A DNA stretch of 32,000 bases from Candidatus Methanoperedens sp. (GTDB taxonomy: Archaea; Halobacteriota; Methanosarcinia; Methanosarcinales; Methanoperedenaceae), in NCBI GenBank assembly GCA_041494705.1, contig JBGQBI010000004.1, positions 120,001 through 152,000 on the forward strand. Reading direction: 5' to 3'. The notes under the pieces are model-generated. The model ran no database searches, had not been told where the DNA came from, and was given only the letters and a program-made list of their open reading frames with translations. A program made the position numbers and the translations under genes. Positions 1 through 8,968 of this stretch are shown piece after piece. Each line of letters opens with the position of its first letter. Positions within the stretch are counted from its first letter, which is position 1.

Positions 1-2
1 GG

Positions 3-353
3 GGATTACTCACTTATGCACTGGGTCCCACAATTCCAATTTTAATAATGCTTGGAACTAATGAATTGTATGGATTTAAGACTTCATGGATTAGAACTGC
101 ATATGCGTATTTAATGTTTATAGTATGCCTGATGGAAGGTTTGATTTTCGGAGTGCTTATCAATGATCTTTATTTGGCAACCGGTGGAATAAAGGATGTG
201 ATAGATGTTGGCGCTCGCATTCCCGGCTTTCAAATATCTTCTTTCATTTCGGCTCACTTTTTATTGAAGGGAATTGAAGATTTTTCAACGAATGCGGCGA
301 TATCCATTTTGATAATTATTGTTACAATATATTATCTGTCAAAAAAAAGCTAA
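3..353 (+). CDS. Integral membrane protein, C-terminal part (5' end outside the window); function unknown
   Basis: Frame 3 is open from the window edge (GLLTYALGPTIPILIMLGTNE...) to TAA 351-353, so the tracked ORF 48..353 is only the tail of a longer gene. It has hydrophobic helices (AYAYLMFIVCLMEGLIFGVLI, AAISILIIIVTIYYL). No catalytic motif recognised. Confidence 0.45.
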   Translation, partial: GLLTYALGPTIPILIMLGTNELYGFKTSWIRTAYAYLMFIVCLMEGLIFGVLINDLYLATGGIKDVIDVGARIPGFQISSFISAHFLLKGIEDFSTNAAISILIIIVTIYYLSKKS

Positions 354-1786
354 CCCTTTATCCAGAAGTCCATCAATTTTGATTCCAGCATAAATTTAAA
401 AAAAAGATTTTTCACTCTGAATCTTGCTATGGGCTTATAAATATCAGAGAGGATTCCTTTCGAAGAATAAACCATCCCTCTACTTCCATGCAGGAAAAGT
501 GAGGAATAAAATAAATACTTCAACATTTTCATCCTCTGGTCGGATATCCATGGTATATTACCATAGTTGGACCCACTCCATCCTTCCAGGGTGGATGGAA
601 CTCTATATCCCTCATTTATCGCCTTACCGAAAATTTCTGTACCAGGATATGGTACGTAGTTGCAAAGCGGTGATGAGATTGCATTTGGTGAACCATCTAT
701 TAATTCAAAAACTAATTCTACTGTTTTTTTCAGGTCTTCTTCAGTTTCTGTGGGAAAACCTGCCATGAAATTATACTGGCAGACAATATTGAATTTTTTG
801 AGTTTTTTCGCCACCTCTCTGACCTGGGAAATTGTAATATTTTTTCTTACTAGATTCAAAATTCTCTCAGATCCAGATTCAATTCCAAAATGAAGTTTTC
901 TGCATCCACTCTTTTCTATCAAACTTAGAAATTCATCATTCATCTTAATAGCTATTTTTACATTTATTCCCTGACTTTCCCATGTAAGATCCCAACCTTC
1001 TTTGATGATACCTTTTGCGATCTCTTCCACTCTTTTTAAATCTATGAAAAAATCATCGTCGACTATATATAAATTCTTAACACCATATTTTTCCACCCCT
1101 CTTTTTATCATCGCTAAAGTTTTTTCAGCAGATAAGGCCCGCCACTTTCTCTTGTTATATGCAGGATTGTAGCAATAGGCACAGTTATTCGGGCATCCTC
1201 TTGAAGTTTGTATGTTTAGTGTCGGTCTACCTTCAAATAATGGTAAATACTTTTTTACCTCAACCAAATGATAAGGTAGGTCTGGAAGTGTATTCAAATC
1301 AACAAAAGGACGTGGATTGTTGTTCTTGATTACACCGTTTGACTTAAACCAAACTCCTTCTATTCCATCTAATGCGATACCTTTATCCAGATGTTTTACA
1401 AGTTCATAAAAAGTGATCTCACCTTCGCCTGCAACCACAATATCAACGAATTCGTTTTCGAGAGTTTCAGCAGGCAAAAGACTTGGGTGAATACCTCCCC
1501 AAACAACCGGTACTTTCGATTCTTTTTTAACTATTTTGGATGCCTCTAAGCCATGTTTAATCTGCACTCCCGTCATTGACGTCACACCGACACAAATTAC
1601 ATCCTTCTTCAACTCTTCTTTCAGTGTGTTTTTCCATTCCAAATCAGTTCTTTGGTCAATTATTCTTACTTTGTATTCTTTTTCAACTAACGTTGATACA
1701 CATAACAAAGCAAGCGGTAGAGATGGTGATGTTCTCACTTCGTCCCAATCTCCTACTATCGGCTGAATTAGAATAACATTTCTCAT
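350..1786 (-). CDS. B12-binding (class B) radical SAM enzyme
   Basis: 478-aa ORF. The N-terminal part looks like a cobalamin-binding Rossmann segment (VILIQP...ICVGVTSMTG...VVWGGIHPS). The radical-SAM cluster motif CPNNCAYC (C198/C202/C205, CxxxCxxC) is present. A GAGGA Shine-Dalgarno site sits 5 nt upstream of ATG 1786. Confidence 0.85.
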   Translation of the reverse strand: MRNVILIQPIVGDWDEVRTSPSLPLALLCVSTLVEKEYKVRIIDQRTDLEWKNTLKEELKKDVICVGVTSMTGVQIKHGLEASKIVKKESKVPVVWGGIHPSLLPAETLENEFVDIVVAGEGEITFYELVKHLDKGIALDGIEGVWFKSNGVIKNNNPRPFVDLNTLPDLPYHLVEVKKYLPLFEGRPTLNIQTSRGCPNNCAYCYNPAYNKRKWRALSAEKTLAMIKRGVEKYGVKNLYIVDDDFFIDLKRVEEIAKGIIKEGWDLTWESQGINVKIAIKMNDEFLSLIEKSGCRKLHFGIESGSERILNLVRKNITISQVREVAKKLKKFNIVCQYNFMAGFPTETEEDLKKTVELVFELIDGSPNAISSPLCNYVPYPGTEIFGKAINEGYRVPSTLEGWSGSNYGNIPWISDQRMKMLKYLFYSSLFLHGSRGMVYSSKGILSDIYKPIARFRVKNLFFKFMLESKLMDFWIKG

Positions 1787-1948
1787 TTGTGTCCTCTATG
1801 CTCAATAAATAGAGTATATCGATATATAATTTTCCGGTAGTTAGTTATGTTTTGGTAACCGCTATTTCTGCATGCATTGCGAAAAATTTATTACCTGCAA
1901 ACTGCCACTAGTGCTACAAGCTTGGGAAAGATCAAATTTCAAGAAAAG
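1787..1948. promoter_or_regulatory. Divergent promoter region (radical SAM gene / methyltransferase) with palindromic TATA-like element
   Basis: AT-rich spacer containing the 12-bp perfect palindrome TATATCGATATA (1815-1826) within AAATAGAGTATATCGATATATAATTTT. Confidence 0.3.
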
Positions 1949-2530
1949 ATGCGAAAAAAAATCGCATTAAAGGATTTGAATATGAAAAAAACAATTGAAT
2001 TCCGAAGTAAGCTTTTCATCAAAGGATGCAACAACCTCATAGGACCAAACGATAAGGTGCTCGATGTCGGGTCTGGGAATGGTGTTATGGCGTGGGAATT
2101 TAAAAAAAAAATTGGCTGTGATATTATATGTACTGATATTTTAAATTATATACAGGTGAAGTTGCCTTTTATAAAAATGAATGATCCTTGTAAATTACCG
2201 TTTCAAGACAACGAGTTTGATCTTGTTATGTTGATTGATATGTTGCATCATACTGATGATTCAACTCAAAAAATGTTAATAACAGAAAGCAAACGTATTG
2301 GCAAGTCCATATTAATATTTGAAACTCGACCTACACTGAAAGCAATGATATTAGACCATATATTAAATTTTATTCATGAAAAAAATATGAATATCCCTTT
2401 AAATTTCAAAAATGAATTTTATTGGAAAAAAATATTGGATGGTGTTGGATTTAAAAACATCAATTACCTCGAAATAAAAGAACCCCTGTATTATCCATTG
2501 TCCCATTTTGGTTATTTTTGTAAAAAGTAG
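1949..2530 (+). CDS. Class I SAM-dependent methyltransferase
   Basis: Motif I VLDVGSGNG, followed by CTDIL and DLVMLIDMLHH segments typical of Methyltransf_11/23-like enzymes. ATG 1949 (or 1982) is preferred over the tracked TTG at 1877. This is the only plus-strand gene in the glycan block. Confidence 0.75.
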   Translation: MRKKIALKDLNMKKTIEFRSKLFIKGCNNLIGPNDKVLDVGSGNGVMAWEFKKKIGCDIICTDILNYIQVKLPFIKMNDPCKLPFQDNEFDLVMLIDMLHHTDDSTQKMLITESKRIGKSILIFETRPTLKAMILDHILNFIHEKNMNIPLNFKNEFYWKKILDGVGFKNINYLEIKEPLYYPLSHFGYFCKK

Positions 2531-2549
2531 AGAAAATATTCAGAATAAT

Positions 2550-3995
2550 TTACCTCATTTTTGATACAATTAATTTTCGTTCAGAATTAAATTGATATCC
2601 CAATCTTTCTCCTAAATTCAAGACATTCTTATTGTTGTATATTGATGTGTACACTTTCTCATATTTAGTTAATTCAGTTCTTGTTGCTATTTCATCAGCG
2701 ACCAAAAAAAAAGTTTTATTAGTATAATTATTTGTTATTCTATCTAAATAAGGATCAGATAAATCATCTATGGTACTGTACATCTGCCTATCTCCATCAA
2801 GCCCTACGCCTGAATACCAGGCTATCTGTGGGCTGTATTTCTCTTGAACTAGCACAAGATATTTGCCTGGATGTTCATCCATATAATTCTTAATAAAAAC
2901 CCCTGCATCCTTTGTGGCGGTATATCCTGCATCTCCGGTGTAACTTAAAAGAATATACGAGACTGGAAGCGCAGAAATAACGACAACCGACATTAAAAGC
3001 ACGGTGGCGAATCGCTTATTCAGCTTCCCTGAAATCCTGACAATCCCTGCACCCGCCATTATCGCCACCGGTGCCATCAGCGGCAGCGAATAATACTCAT
3101 GGCTCGGCGGCGTCCTCACCAGCACAAAAACCCCATATATCAAAAGCCATATGGCGAGTATGTTCTTTACATTCCTCTCTTTTAATATTTGATATGCAGC
3201 AGCCGCAATTACCAGAGGTGATATCCCGGCTGCGGTAAACAGGACGACCCTTGACAGGTCTGAGAACGGTTCGCTCCTGTAAGCAAGCTCGCCAAATACG
3301 ATATTGAAAATAACCGTAAAGTTCCCTGAAACTGCATAATAAGAGAGCCATACCAGGAGCGGTATCATTCCCGCAAAAAAGCACAACATCGCATTAATTA
3401 TCTGTTTTCTCTTAATTCCTTGAAAATAACTCCATACAAGAACAACTGGCAGCACAGCAAGCGCCGGCTGCTTGGTGAATACAGCAAGCCCCAGTGCAAT
3501 TCCAAATGGCAGCATGCTTGTATCGTTCTTATATGCGCGCACATACAGCGCAATCGCAAGCGTCATAAGCGCTGTCATCAAAGGATCTGTCTGCGCCCTG
3601 CCGAACCAGAGTATGTTCCAGGGAATAAATATGAAGATGATGGCTGCTATTTCTGCAGTTCTCTCATCATACAATTCCTTAGCCAGTATATACACACCTG
3701 AAACTGCAATGATCTCTGAGAGGATAGATACAAGGCGTGCGCTTATGTCTGCAATCCCAAAAATCTTAAAGGATGCATATACTGCATACGAAAAAAAAGG
3801 GGGAGCTGATGAGAAGGGGTCCCCTCCGGGATATGCCACCTGCTCCCACAATGAACCTGAAAAATAATTTTTTGCTATTAGAGAGTAATATCCTTCATTC
3901 CAGCCGTGGTAGAACCCGTAGGATGAAAGAGTAGCAATATATGTGCGCACAACAATGTACGTTATTATAATTGCGAGCAACCATCTTTTTTTCAT
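2550..3995 (-). CDS. GT-C fold glycosyltransferase of the ArnT/PMT (GT39/GT83-like, PMT_2) type
   Basis: 481 aa with many hydrophobic helices. The first-loop motif HGWNEGYYSLIA sits at the position of the ArnT/PMT acidic motif, and PWNILWFGRAQTDP follows. There is a soluble C-terminal domain of about 120 aa. ATGA start/stop overlap (3992-3995) with the upstream GT2 gene. Confidence 0.8.
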   Translation of the reverse strand: MKKRWLLAIIITYIVVRTYIATLSSYGFYHGWNEGYYSLIAKNYFSGSLWEQVAYPGGDPFSSAPPFFSYAVYASFKIFGIADISARLVSILSEIIAVSGVYILAKELYDERTAEIAAIIFIFIPWNILWFGRAQTDPLMTALMTLAIALYVRAYKNDTSMLPFGIALGLAVFTKQPALAVLPVVLVWSYFQGIKRKQIINAMLCFFAGMIPLLVWLSYYAVSGNFTVIFNIVFGELAYRSEPFSDLSRVVLFTAAGISPLVIAAAAYQILKERNVKNILAIWLLIYGVFVLVRTPPSHEYYSLPLMAPVAIMAGAGIVRISGKLNKRFATVLLMSVVVISALPVSYILLSYTGDAGYTATKDAGVFIKNYMDEHPGKYLVLVQEKYSPQIAWYSGVGLDGDRQMYSTIDDLSDPYLDRITNNYTNKTFFLVADEIATRTELTKYEKVYTSIYNNKNVLNLGERLGYQFNSERKLIVSKMR

Positions 3996-5734
3996 GTCGC
4001 ATCATCTGGTTTACGTGAGCTCTTTCTCGCCTCTGCAAAATAACCCCTTGATGCAAATCCCAGATGGATTGTCGAAACCATCCCGAATATAATCGTAACC
4101 GATGATCTTACAAAATGGTCAACCAGGGCCAGGGAAAAACCTGTTGATACGGGTATTCCGAACAGGGCTAAGACCCCTGCCATCGTCCCTTCATATATCC
4201 CGATACCCCCCGGCGTTATGGGTATGGTCTGTGCAAGGAAAGAAGTGATCCCGGCAACTGCCGCCAGCGAGAACGGGATCTTATATCCTATTGCCATGGC
4301 TGCTATGTATATGCCAGATATCTCAAAAATCCAGACCGGAACAGAAATAGCAATAGATAGTATAAGCGCACTCGGATTAGAGTATATCCTGTAAAGCCCT
4401 TCCTTCATGGAATTCATAAAACCTGAAATAGCCGGGAACCTCTTACCAAGCTTTCTGGAAATGAACGCGTCGTACCTGTAAGCAAAAAAAAGCATCACTA
4501 CGAGCAGGAAAGCGATCGCAAGTGCGGCGATAGCGACTATTGACATCGTTCTGCCTCTTGAAACGAACATTGCGCCAGCGCCCAGCATGAGTGCCAGCGT
4601 AAACATATCCATTGCTCTTTCAATTACTATTGTGGACAGGCTTATGCCCATGGGGGTCTTCTCTGTGGTCTTGAGGGCCGCGCCCCTTGCGATATCTCCC
4701 GCCCTTGCAGGAAGAAGATAGTTCAAAAGAAAGCCGAACATCAGGCTTTTAAAGAGAATATCCCTTGGCACAACATAACCCGACGTCCGAAGAAGCACGC
4801 TCCATCTCCATGTGCGCATGAAGAATGCCATTGTGATTGCCGCAAATCCTACAAAAATATAAACCAAGGAGACATTTTTAATCGTTTCATATACCTGGGA
4901 GTAGCCGGAATATTTGAAAATCCCAAGCAAAACAAGGATTCCGATTACCAGCGCCCCTAAAAGTTTCCATTTTGAACCAGAAACCACCGAGCTGAACAGG
5001 TCTCTGAGGCTTATAATATTCCCGATGATGAACAGTTTCATGAGGCGCTTACCGTATTTAGTGCCATTCTCTGAAAGCTTGAGCTTTGCTACCCCCCGCT
5101 TCCTCCCGTACCAGGTAACCGGGACCTCGGCGCTTCTGAAACCCATGATATGCGCTTTAAGAGGTATCTCCACTGTGAGGTCAAAACCATTAGCTTCCAG
5201 TTTGTCTATTCCTATACTATCCAGCACCTCTTTTCTGTATGCCTTGAAAGCATTGGTAATATCTTTATGCTTAATCCCGAAAAGCAACCTGACGCTGTTG
5301 TTAAAAGTCCGGTTCGCGATCATTTTTACAGGTGGATATCCATCCGTTCCTCCACCTTCTACGAACCTTGAGCCATATGCGATATCATAGCCCTCCTCGA
5401 TTTTCCGGACAAGCTTTACTATGTCCTTCGGGTCATCCGAGAGGTCCCCCATTACAGGTATTATGATATCCCCGGTAGCATTCCTGAATCCTTCTTTTAT
5501 TGCATTGCCAAACCCGGGGGTGGAGTGGCTGTGAACAGGTTTAATTCTTGGGTTCAGACTTGCGAGCTTTTCTATTATTTCAGGCGTCCTGTCTGTGCTG
5601 TTGTCGTTTACTATTACCAGTTCGTAGTCTCGTGTTTCTTCATGCCTATCAAGAACAGGAAGGAGTTCGTCAAGCAGGTTGGGAAGGTTTTCTTCTTCAT
5701 TATGGGCAGGGACTACAATTGATATTTTGGACAT
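3992..5734 (-). CDS. Fusion protein: GT2 polyprenyl/dolichyl-phosphate glycosyltransferase (ArnC/DPM-synthase-like) plus flippase-like LPG-synthase-TM (UPF0104) membrane domain
   Basis: The N-terminal ~230 aa carry GT-A signatures: ISIVVPAHNEEENL, VNDNSTDRT, GDLSDDP. The C-terminal ~330 aa are polytopic and carry the LLPARAGDIARGAALK motif that I associate with the flippase-like/LPG_synthase_TM family. Confidence 0.8.
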   Translation of the reverse strand: MSKISIVVPAHNEEENLPNLLDELLPVLDRHEETRDYELVIVNDNSTDRTPEIIEKLASLNPRIKPVHSHSTPGFGNAIKEGFRNATGDIIIPVMGDLSDDPKDIVKLVRKIEEGYDIAYGSRFVEGGGTDGYPPVKMIANRTFNNSVRLLFGIKHKDITNAFKAYRKEVLDSIGIDKLEANGFDLTVEIPLKAHIMGFRSAEVPVTWYGRKRGVAKLKLSENGTKYGKRLMKLFIIGNIISLRDLFSSVVSGSKWKLLGALVIGILVLLGIFKYSGYSQVYETIKNVSLVYIFVGFAAITMAFFMRTWRWSVLLRTSGYVVPRDILFKSLMFGFLLNYLLPARAGDIARGAALKTTEKTPMGISLSTIVIERAMDMFTLALMLGAGAMFVSRGRTMSIVAIAALAIAFLLVVMLFFAYRYDAFISRKLGKRFPAISGFMNSMKEGLYRIYSNPSALILSIAISVPVWIFEISGIYIAAMAIGYKIPFSLAAVAGITSFLAQTIPITPGGIGIYEGTMAGVLALFGIPVSTGFSLALVDHFVRSSVTIIFGMVSTIHLGFASRGYFAEARKSSRKPDDAT

Positions 5735-5764
5735 TTTGTTTTAATAATACAATGTTTTTGATTC

Positions 5765-6832
5765 TTATTGGATTTGTGAAAAAACGCTGTTCTTATATAT
5801 TTCAACCAGTATGTCCTTGAGGTTATATTTATAGTTCCATCCCGGATAATGGGATTTGAATTTACTCACATCGCTTATCCACCAGATATGGTCGCCGATA
5901 CGGTTCGTTTCTGTATAAGAATAATCCATCTTTTTTCCAGTTATCTCCTCACACATTGCTATCGCTTCCAGCATCGAGCAATTCGAATGCCTGCTTCCCC
6001 CCATATTATATACTTCTCCTATACGAGGTTTCTGGTAAAAGTGCCAGAAAGCGTTCACAAGATCGAAACTATGGATATTGTCCCTGACCTGTTTCCCTTT
6101 ATACCCGTATATCGTATAATGTGTGCCAGTGGCAGCGCATTTCATCAGGTATGCCAGGAATCCATGCAGAATAGTTGGTGAATGCCCCGGTCCTGTCAGG
6201 CATCCGCCCCTGAAGCAGACGGTTTTCATATTGAAATACTTGCCGTACTCCTGGACAAGCACATCCGCAGCCAGTTTTGAAGCGCCGAACAGGCTGTGTT
6301 TTGTTTGGTCAACGCTCATGGACTCATCAATCCCTTTTTCATAATACGGGTGTGATTCATCGATTTCCCACCGTGTTTCAAGTTCAACAAGCGGCAGGCT
6401 GTTCGGGGTATCCCCATAGACCTTATTGGTGGAAGTGAATATGAACACGGCATCAGGACAATACTGCCTTGTCATTTCAAGGAGCGTCAGGGTTCCATTT
6501 GCATTAACTGTGAAATCAGTAAAGGGATCCTTTGCGGCCCAATCATGGGAAGGCTGTGCAGCAGTATGGATAATTAATTTTATATCTTTATTGTATTTCA
6601 TAAAGATGGCTTCCATTGCTGCTTTGTCCCGGATGTCCTCACTGTAATGAACATAATTTTTTATTTCAGACTCAAGTTTTTTCCGGCTCCATTCGGTGGA
6701 TGCCTCTTCACCGAAAAATACTTTTCTCATATCGTTGTCTATTCCAGCGACCTTAAAGCCCTTTTTACTGAAAAACCTGACAGATTCAGCCCCTATCAAA
6801 CCTGCTGAACCTGTTATCAAAGCAATTTCCAT
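5765..6832 (-). CDS. Extended SDR (NAD-dependent epimerase/dehydratase, CDP-paratose-2-epimerase-like) with atypical FxxxK in place of YxxxK
   Basis: [11 protein letters not shown] (GxxGxxG), FTSTNKVYG and [12 protein letters not shown] are present. The catalytic-motif position reads LFGASK (TTC codon at 6289-6287) instead of YGxxK. ATG 6832 is preceded by AGGAG 7 nt upstream, so the tracked TTG 6853 is rejected. Confidence 0.8.
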   Translation of the reverse strand: MEIALITGSAGLIGAESVRFFSKKGFKVAGIDNDMRKVFFGEEASTEWSRKKLESEIKNYVHYSEDIRDKAAMEAIFMKYNKDIKLIIHTAAQPSHDWAAKDPFTDFTVNANGTLTLLEMTRQYCPDAVFIFTSTNKVYGDTPNSLPLVELETRWEIDESHPYYEKGIDESMSVDQTKHSLFGASKLAADVLVQEYGKYFNMKTVCFRGGCLTGPGHSPTILHGFLAYLMKCAATGTHYTIYGYKGKQVRDNIHSFDLVNAFWHFYQKPRIGEVYNMGGSRHSNCSMLEAIAMCEEITGKKMDYSYTETNRIGDHIWWISDVSKFKSHYPGWNYKYNLKDILVEIYKNSVFSQIQ

Positions 6833-6845
6833 TAAAATTCTCCTC

Positions 6846-7907
6846 TCATGCAAGAATTGGTTTTAGTAATTCTGAGTTCTCTTTTATCCATATAGATATT
6901 TCCCTTATTATCTCATCCACACTAATTTTGGGCTTCCAGCCAGTTTTTTCCGTTATCTTGCTGTTATCCGTCATATAAATTCGGATATCACCCGGTCTGT
7001 CTTCATTGATGCTATCTATTTGTATTTTATTTCCTGTATATCTCTGACAGAGAGCGGTAAGCTCTAGCAATGATATTGTCCGTTCAAGCCCTCCACCAAC
7101 ATTGTATATTTCACCGTTATGTGAATCCATATCATTGATTTCAATTTCTAAAAGACTATAGAGGTCTTTAACATGTAGAATATCCCTTACCTGTTTCCCC
7201 TTCCCGCCGTAGCCGACATAACTTAAAGACTTCTTATAATGATGTTTTGCAATCCACAGTACAATTACCCCCTGATCTACTTTCCCCATCTGCCACGTCC
7301 CTGTGAGAAGCCCGCAACGATTTATGACACCTCTTATCCCATACATTTCTATATATTCCTGGAGGAGCAACTCCGACGCAAGCTTTGTTGCACCATATAA
7401 TGTTCGAGAACTTTTGAGCGGGAAATCTTCTGTAAAACCTTTTGAGGATACACCCGGAATAGCCTGATTATCAGATAGTTCAAAGCGGGTGGGTTTTTCG
7501 ATAAAGTTCAAATTATTAATAGTTTTTACAGGATATACTCTGCTGGTGGAGAGGAAAATTATATCAGCCCCGCATTTTCTCGTATATTCGAGACAGTTGA
7601 TAGTACCAAGGAGGTTAGTGTTCAGGAGATATTCAGGTGATGAGTTATATCCAGCCATCACAGATGGTTCTGCTGAGCATTCGATTACGATGTCAGTTTT
7701 TCCGACAGCTTCAAAGTCCTCCTTGTTCCTTATATCGCCATGAATGAATTCAATACCGTTTTCTTTCAATCTTGGAATATTGAGTTCAGAACCTCTCCTT
7801 TTAAGATTATCAAAAGCAACTACCTCGACATCTTTCTTATTTCTTTTGAACTCAATGGCAAGATTTGAGCCAACAAACCCTGCACCACCTGTGATTAATA
7901 TTTTCAT
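6846..7907 (-). CDS. Extended SDR, CDP-paratose/tyvelose-2-epimerase-like NDP-sugar epimerase
   Basis: [12 protein letters not shown], canonical LYGATK (YxxxK), DQGVIVLWI and [11 protein letters not shown] resemble the RfbE/paratose-epimerase family as I recall it. ATGA overlap with the upstream uxs stop (7904-7907). Visibly AT-rich. Confidence 0.75.
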   Translation of the reverse strand: MKILITGGAGFVGSNLAIEFKRNKKDVEVVAFDNLKRRGSELNIPRLKENGIEFIHGDIRNKEDFEAVGKTDIVIECSAEPSVMAGYNSSPEYLLNTNLLGTINCLEYTRKCGADIIFLSTSRVYPVKTINNLNFIEKPTRFELSDNQAIPGVSSKGFTEDFPLKSSRTLYGATKLASELLLQEYIEMYGIRGVINRCGLLTGTWQMGKVDQGVIVLWIAKHHYKKSLSYVGYGGKGKQVRDILHVKDLYSLLEIEINDMDSHNGEIYNVGGGLERTISLLELTALCQRYTGNKIQIDSINEDRPGDIRIYMTDNSKITEKTGWKPKISVDEIIREISIWIKENSELLKPILA

Positions 7908-8839
7908 TTATTGTCTAAAATAATCTTGAAATACTTTATAGTTTCCTTCAACCCTCGCTCAATCGAAACAAGAGGTTCCCATTTTAATAATTTCCTTGCC
8001 TTCGTAATATCTGGCCTCCGTTGCTTCGGGTCATCCACCGGGAGCTCTTTGAATACGATATTTGAGCTGCTTCCTGTCATCTTCAATATTATCTCTGCGA
8101 ACTCAAGAATCGTATGCTCTTCCGGATTCCCGATATTCACAGGCAGCGAATAATCCGACATCATCAATCGATAAATTCCCTCAACTTCATCACTCACATA
8201 GCAGAAACTTCGGGTCTGGGAGCCATCACCGTATACTGTGAGGTCATCACCGCGCAGGGCCTGCCCTATGAAGTTTGGCACCACGCGTCCATCATTCAGA
8301 CGCATCCTCGGACCATAGGTGTTAAAAATGCGCACTATCCTCGTATCAATTCCATGATACCGGTGATATGCCATTGTGATTGCTTCAGCATATCGCTTCG
8401 CCTCATCATAAACACCCCGCGGCCCTATCGGGTTCACATTACCCCAGTATTCCTCGCTCTGCGGATTCACCAGCGGGTCGCCATAAACCTCTGAAGTCGA
8501 TGCAAGCAGGAAACGCGCTCCTTTTTCCTTGGCAAGACCGAGCATGTTATGCGTGCCAAGAGCCCCGACTTTAAGGGTCTGTATAGGCAACTCAAGGTAA
8601 TCTATCGGGCTTGCAGGACTGGCAAGATGGAATATGAAATCTATTTTTTCCTCTAAATAAAGAGGCTTGGTAACATCGTGCCTGATATACGAGAACTTCT
8701 CATTTTTTATGTGGCTGATATTCTCTGCACTTCCGGTAATCAGGTTATCTACACATATCACTTCATATTCTTTGGACAGCAGCAAATCACACAGATGCGA
8801 ACCGAGAAATCCTGCGCCGCCTGTCACTAATACTTTCAT
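7904..8839 (-). CDS. uxs: UDP-glucuronate decarboxylase (UDP-xylose synthase)
   Basis: 311 aa with [29 protein letters not shown] (YxxxK), [10 protein letters not shown] and [13 protein letters not shown]. The length and motif order are typical of UXS. Confidence 0.88.
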   Translation of the reverse strand: MKVLVTGGAGFLGSHLCDLLLSKEYEVICVDNLITGSAENISHIKNEKFSYIRHDVTKPLYLEEKIDFIFHLASPASPIDYLELPIQTLKVGALGTHNMLGLAKEKGARFLLASTSEVYGDPLVNPQSEEYWGNVNPIGPRGVYDEAKRYAEAITMAYHRYHGIDTRIVRIFNTYGPRMRLNDGRVVPNFIGQALRGDDLTVYGDGSQTRSFCYVSDEVEGIYRLMMSDYSLPVNIGNPEEHTILEFAEIILKMTGSSSNIVFKELPVDDPKQRRPDITKARKLLKWEPLVSIERGLKETIKYFKIILDNK

Positions 8840-8857
8840 AAAGCGACACCTCGCTTT
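8840..8857 (-). promoter_or_regulatory. Hairpin abutting the uxs start codon with the SD-like GGUG in its loop
   Basis: The mRNA sense reads AAAGCGA-GGUG-UCGCUUU-AUG: a perfect 7-bp stem and 4-nt loop, ending at the base before ATG 8839. Confidence 0.4.
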
Positions 8858-8867
8858 ATGCGGTGTT

Positions 8868-8888
8868 CAGGTATGCTTCGCATACCTG
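8868..8888 (-). promoter_or_regulatory. Perfect 9-bp hairpin/palindrome CAGGTATGC-nnn-GCATACCTG
   Basis: Read directly: caggtatgc ttc gcatacctg, in the spacer between the nucleotidyltransferase and uxs. Confidence 0.4.
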
Positions 8889-8915
8889 TCGTTTGAAAAA
8901 ACTTTCTTAAATATT

Positions 8916-8938
8916 TACGTATGGAAACGCCATACGTA
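8916..8938 (-). terminator. Perfect 9-bp hairpin TACGTATGG-n5-CCATACGTA, followed on the mRNA strand by a T-run; candidate terminator or attenuator
   Basis: Read directly. In minus-strand sense the hairpin is followed by AAATATTTAAGAAAGTTTTTTC, which also contains a TATA-like AAATATTTAA. Confidence 0.35.
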
Positions 8939-8968
8939 CTGAATTTCATAAAGTTTTTCATTTTCACC

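Noticed and set aside
8840-8938. Possible CRISPR-like or repeat array, because of three palindromic elements
   Set aside because: The three hairpins differ in sequence and length and are irregularly spaced within 100 bp. No repeat-spacer periodicity is present and there are no cas genes in the window.
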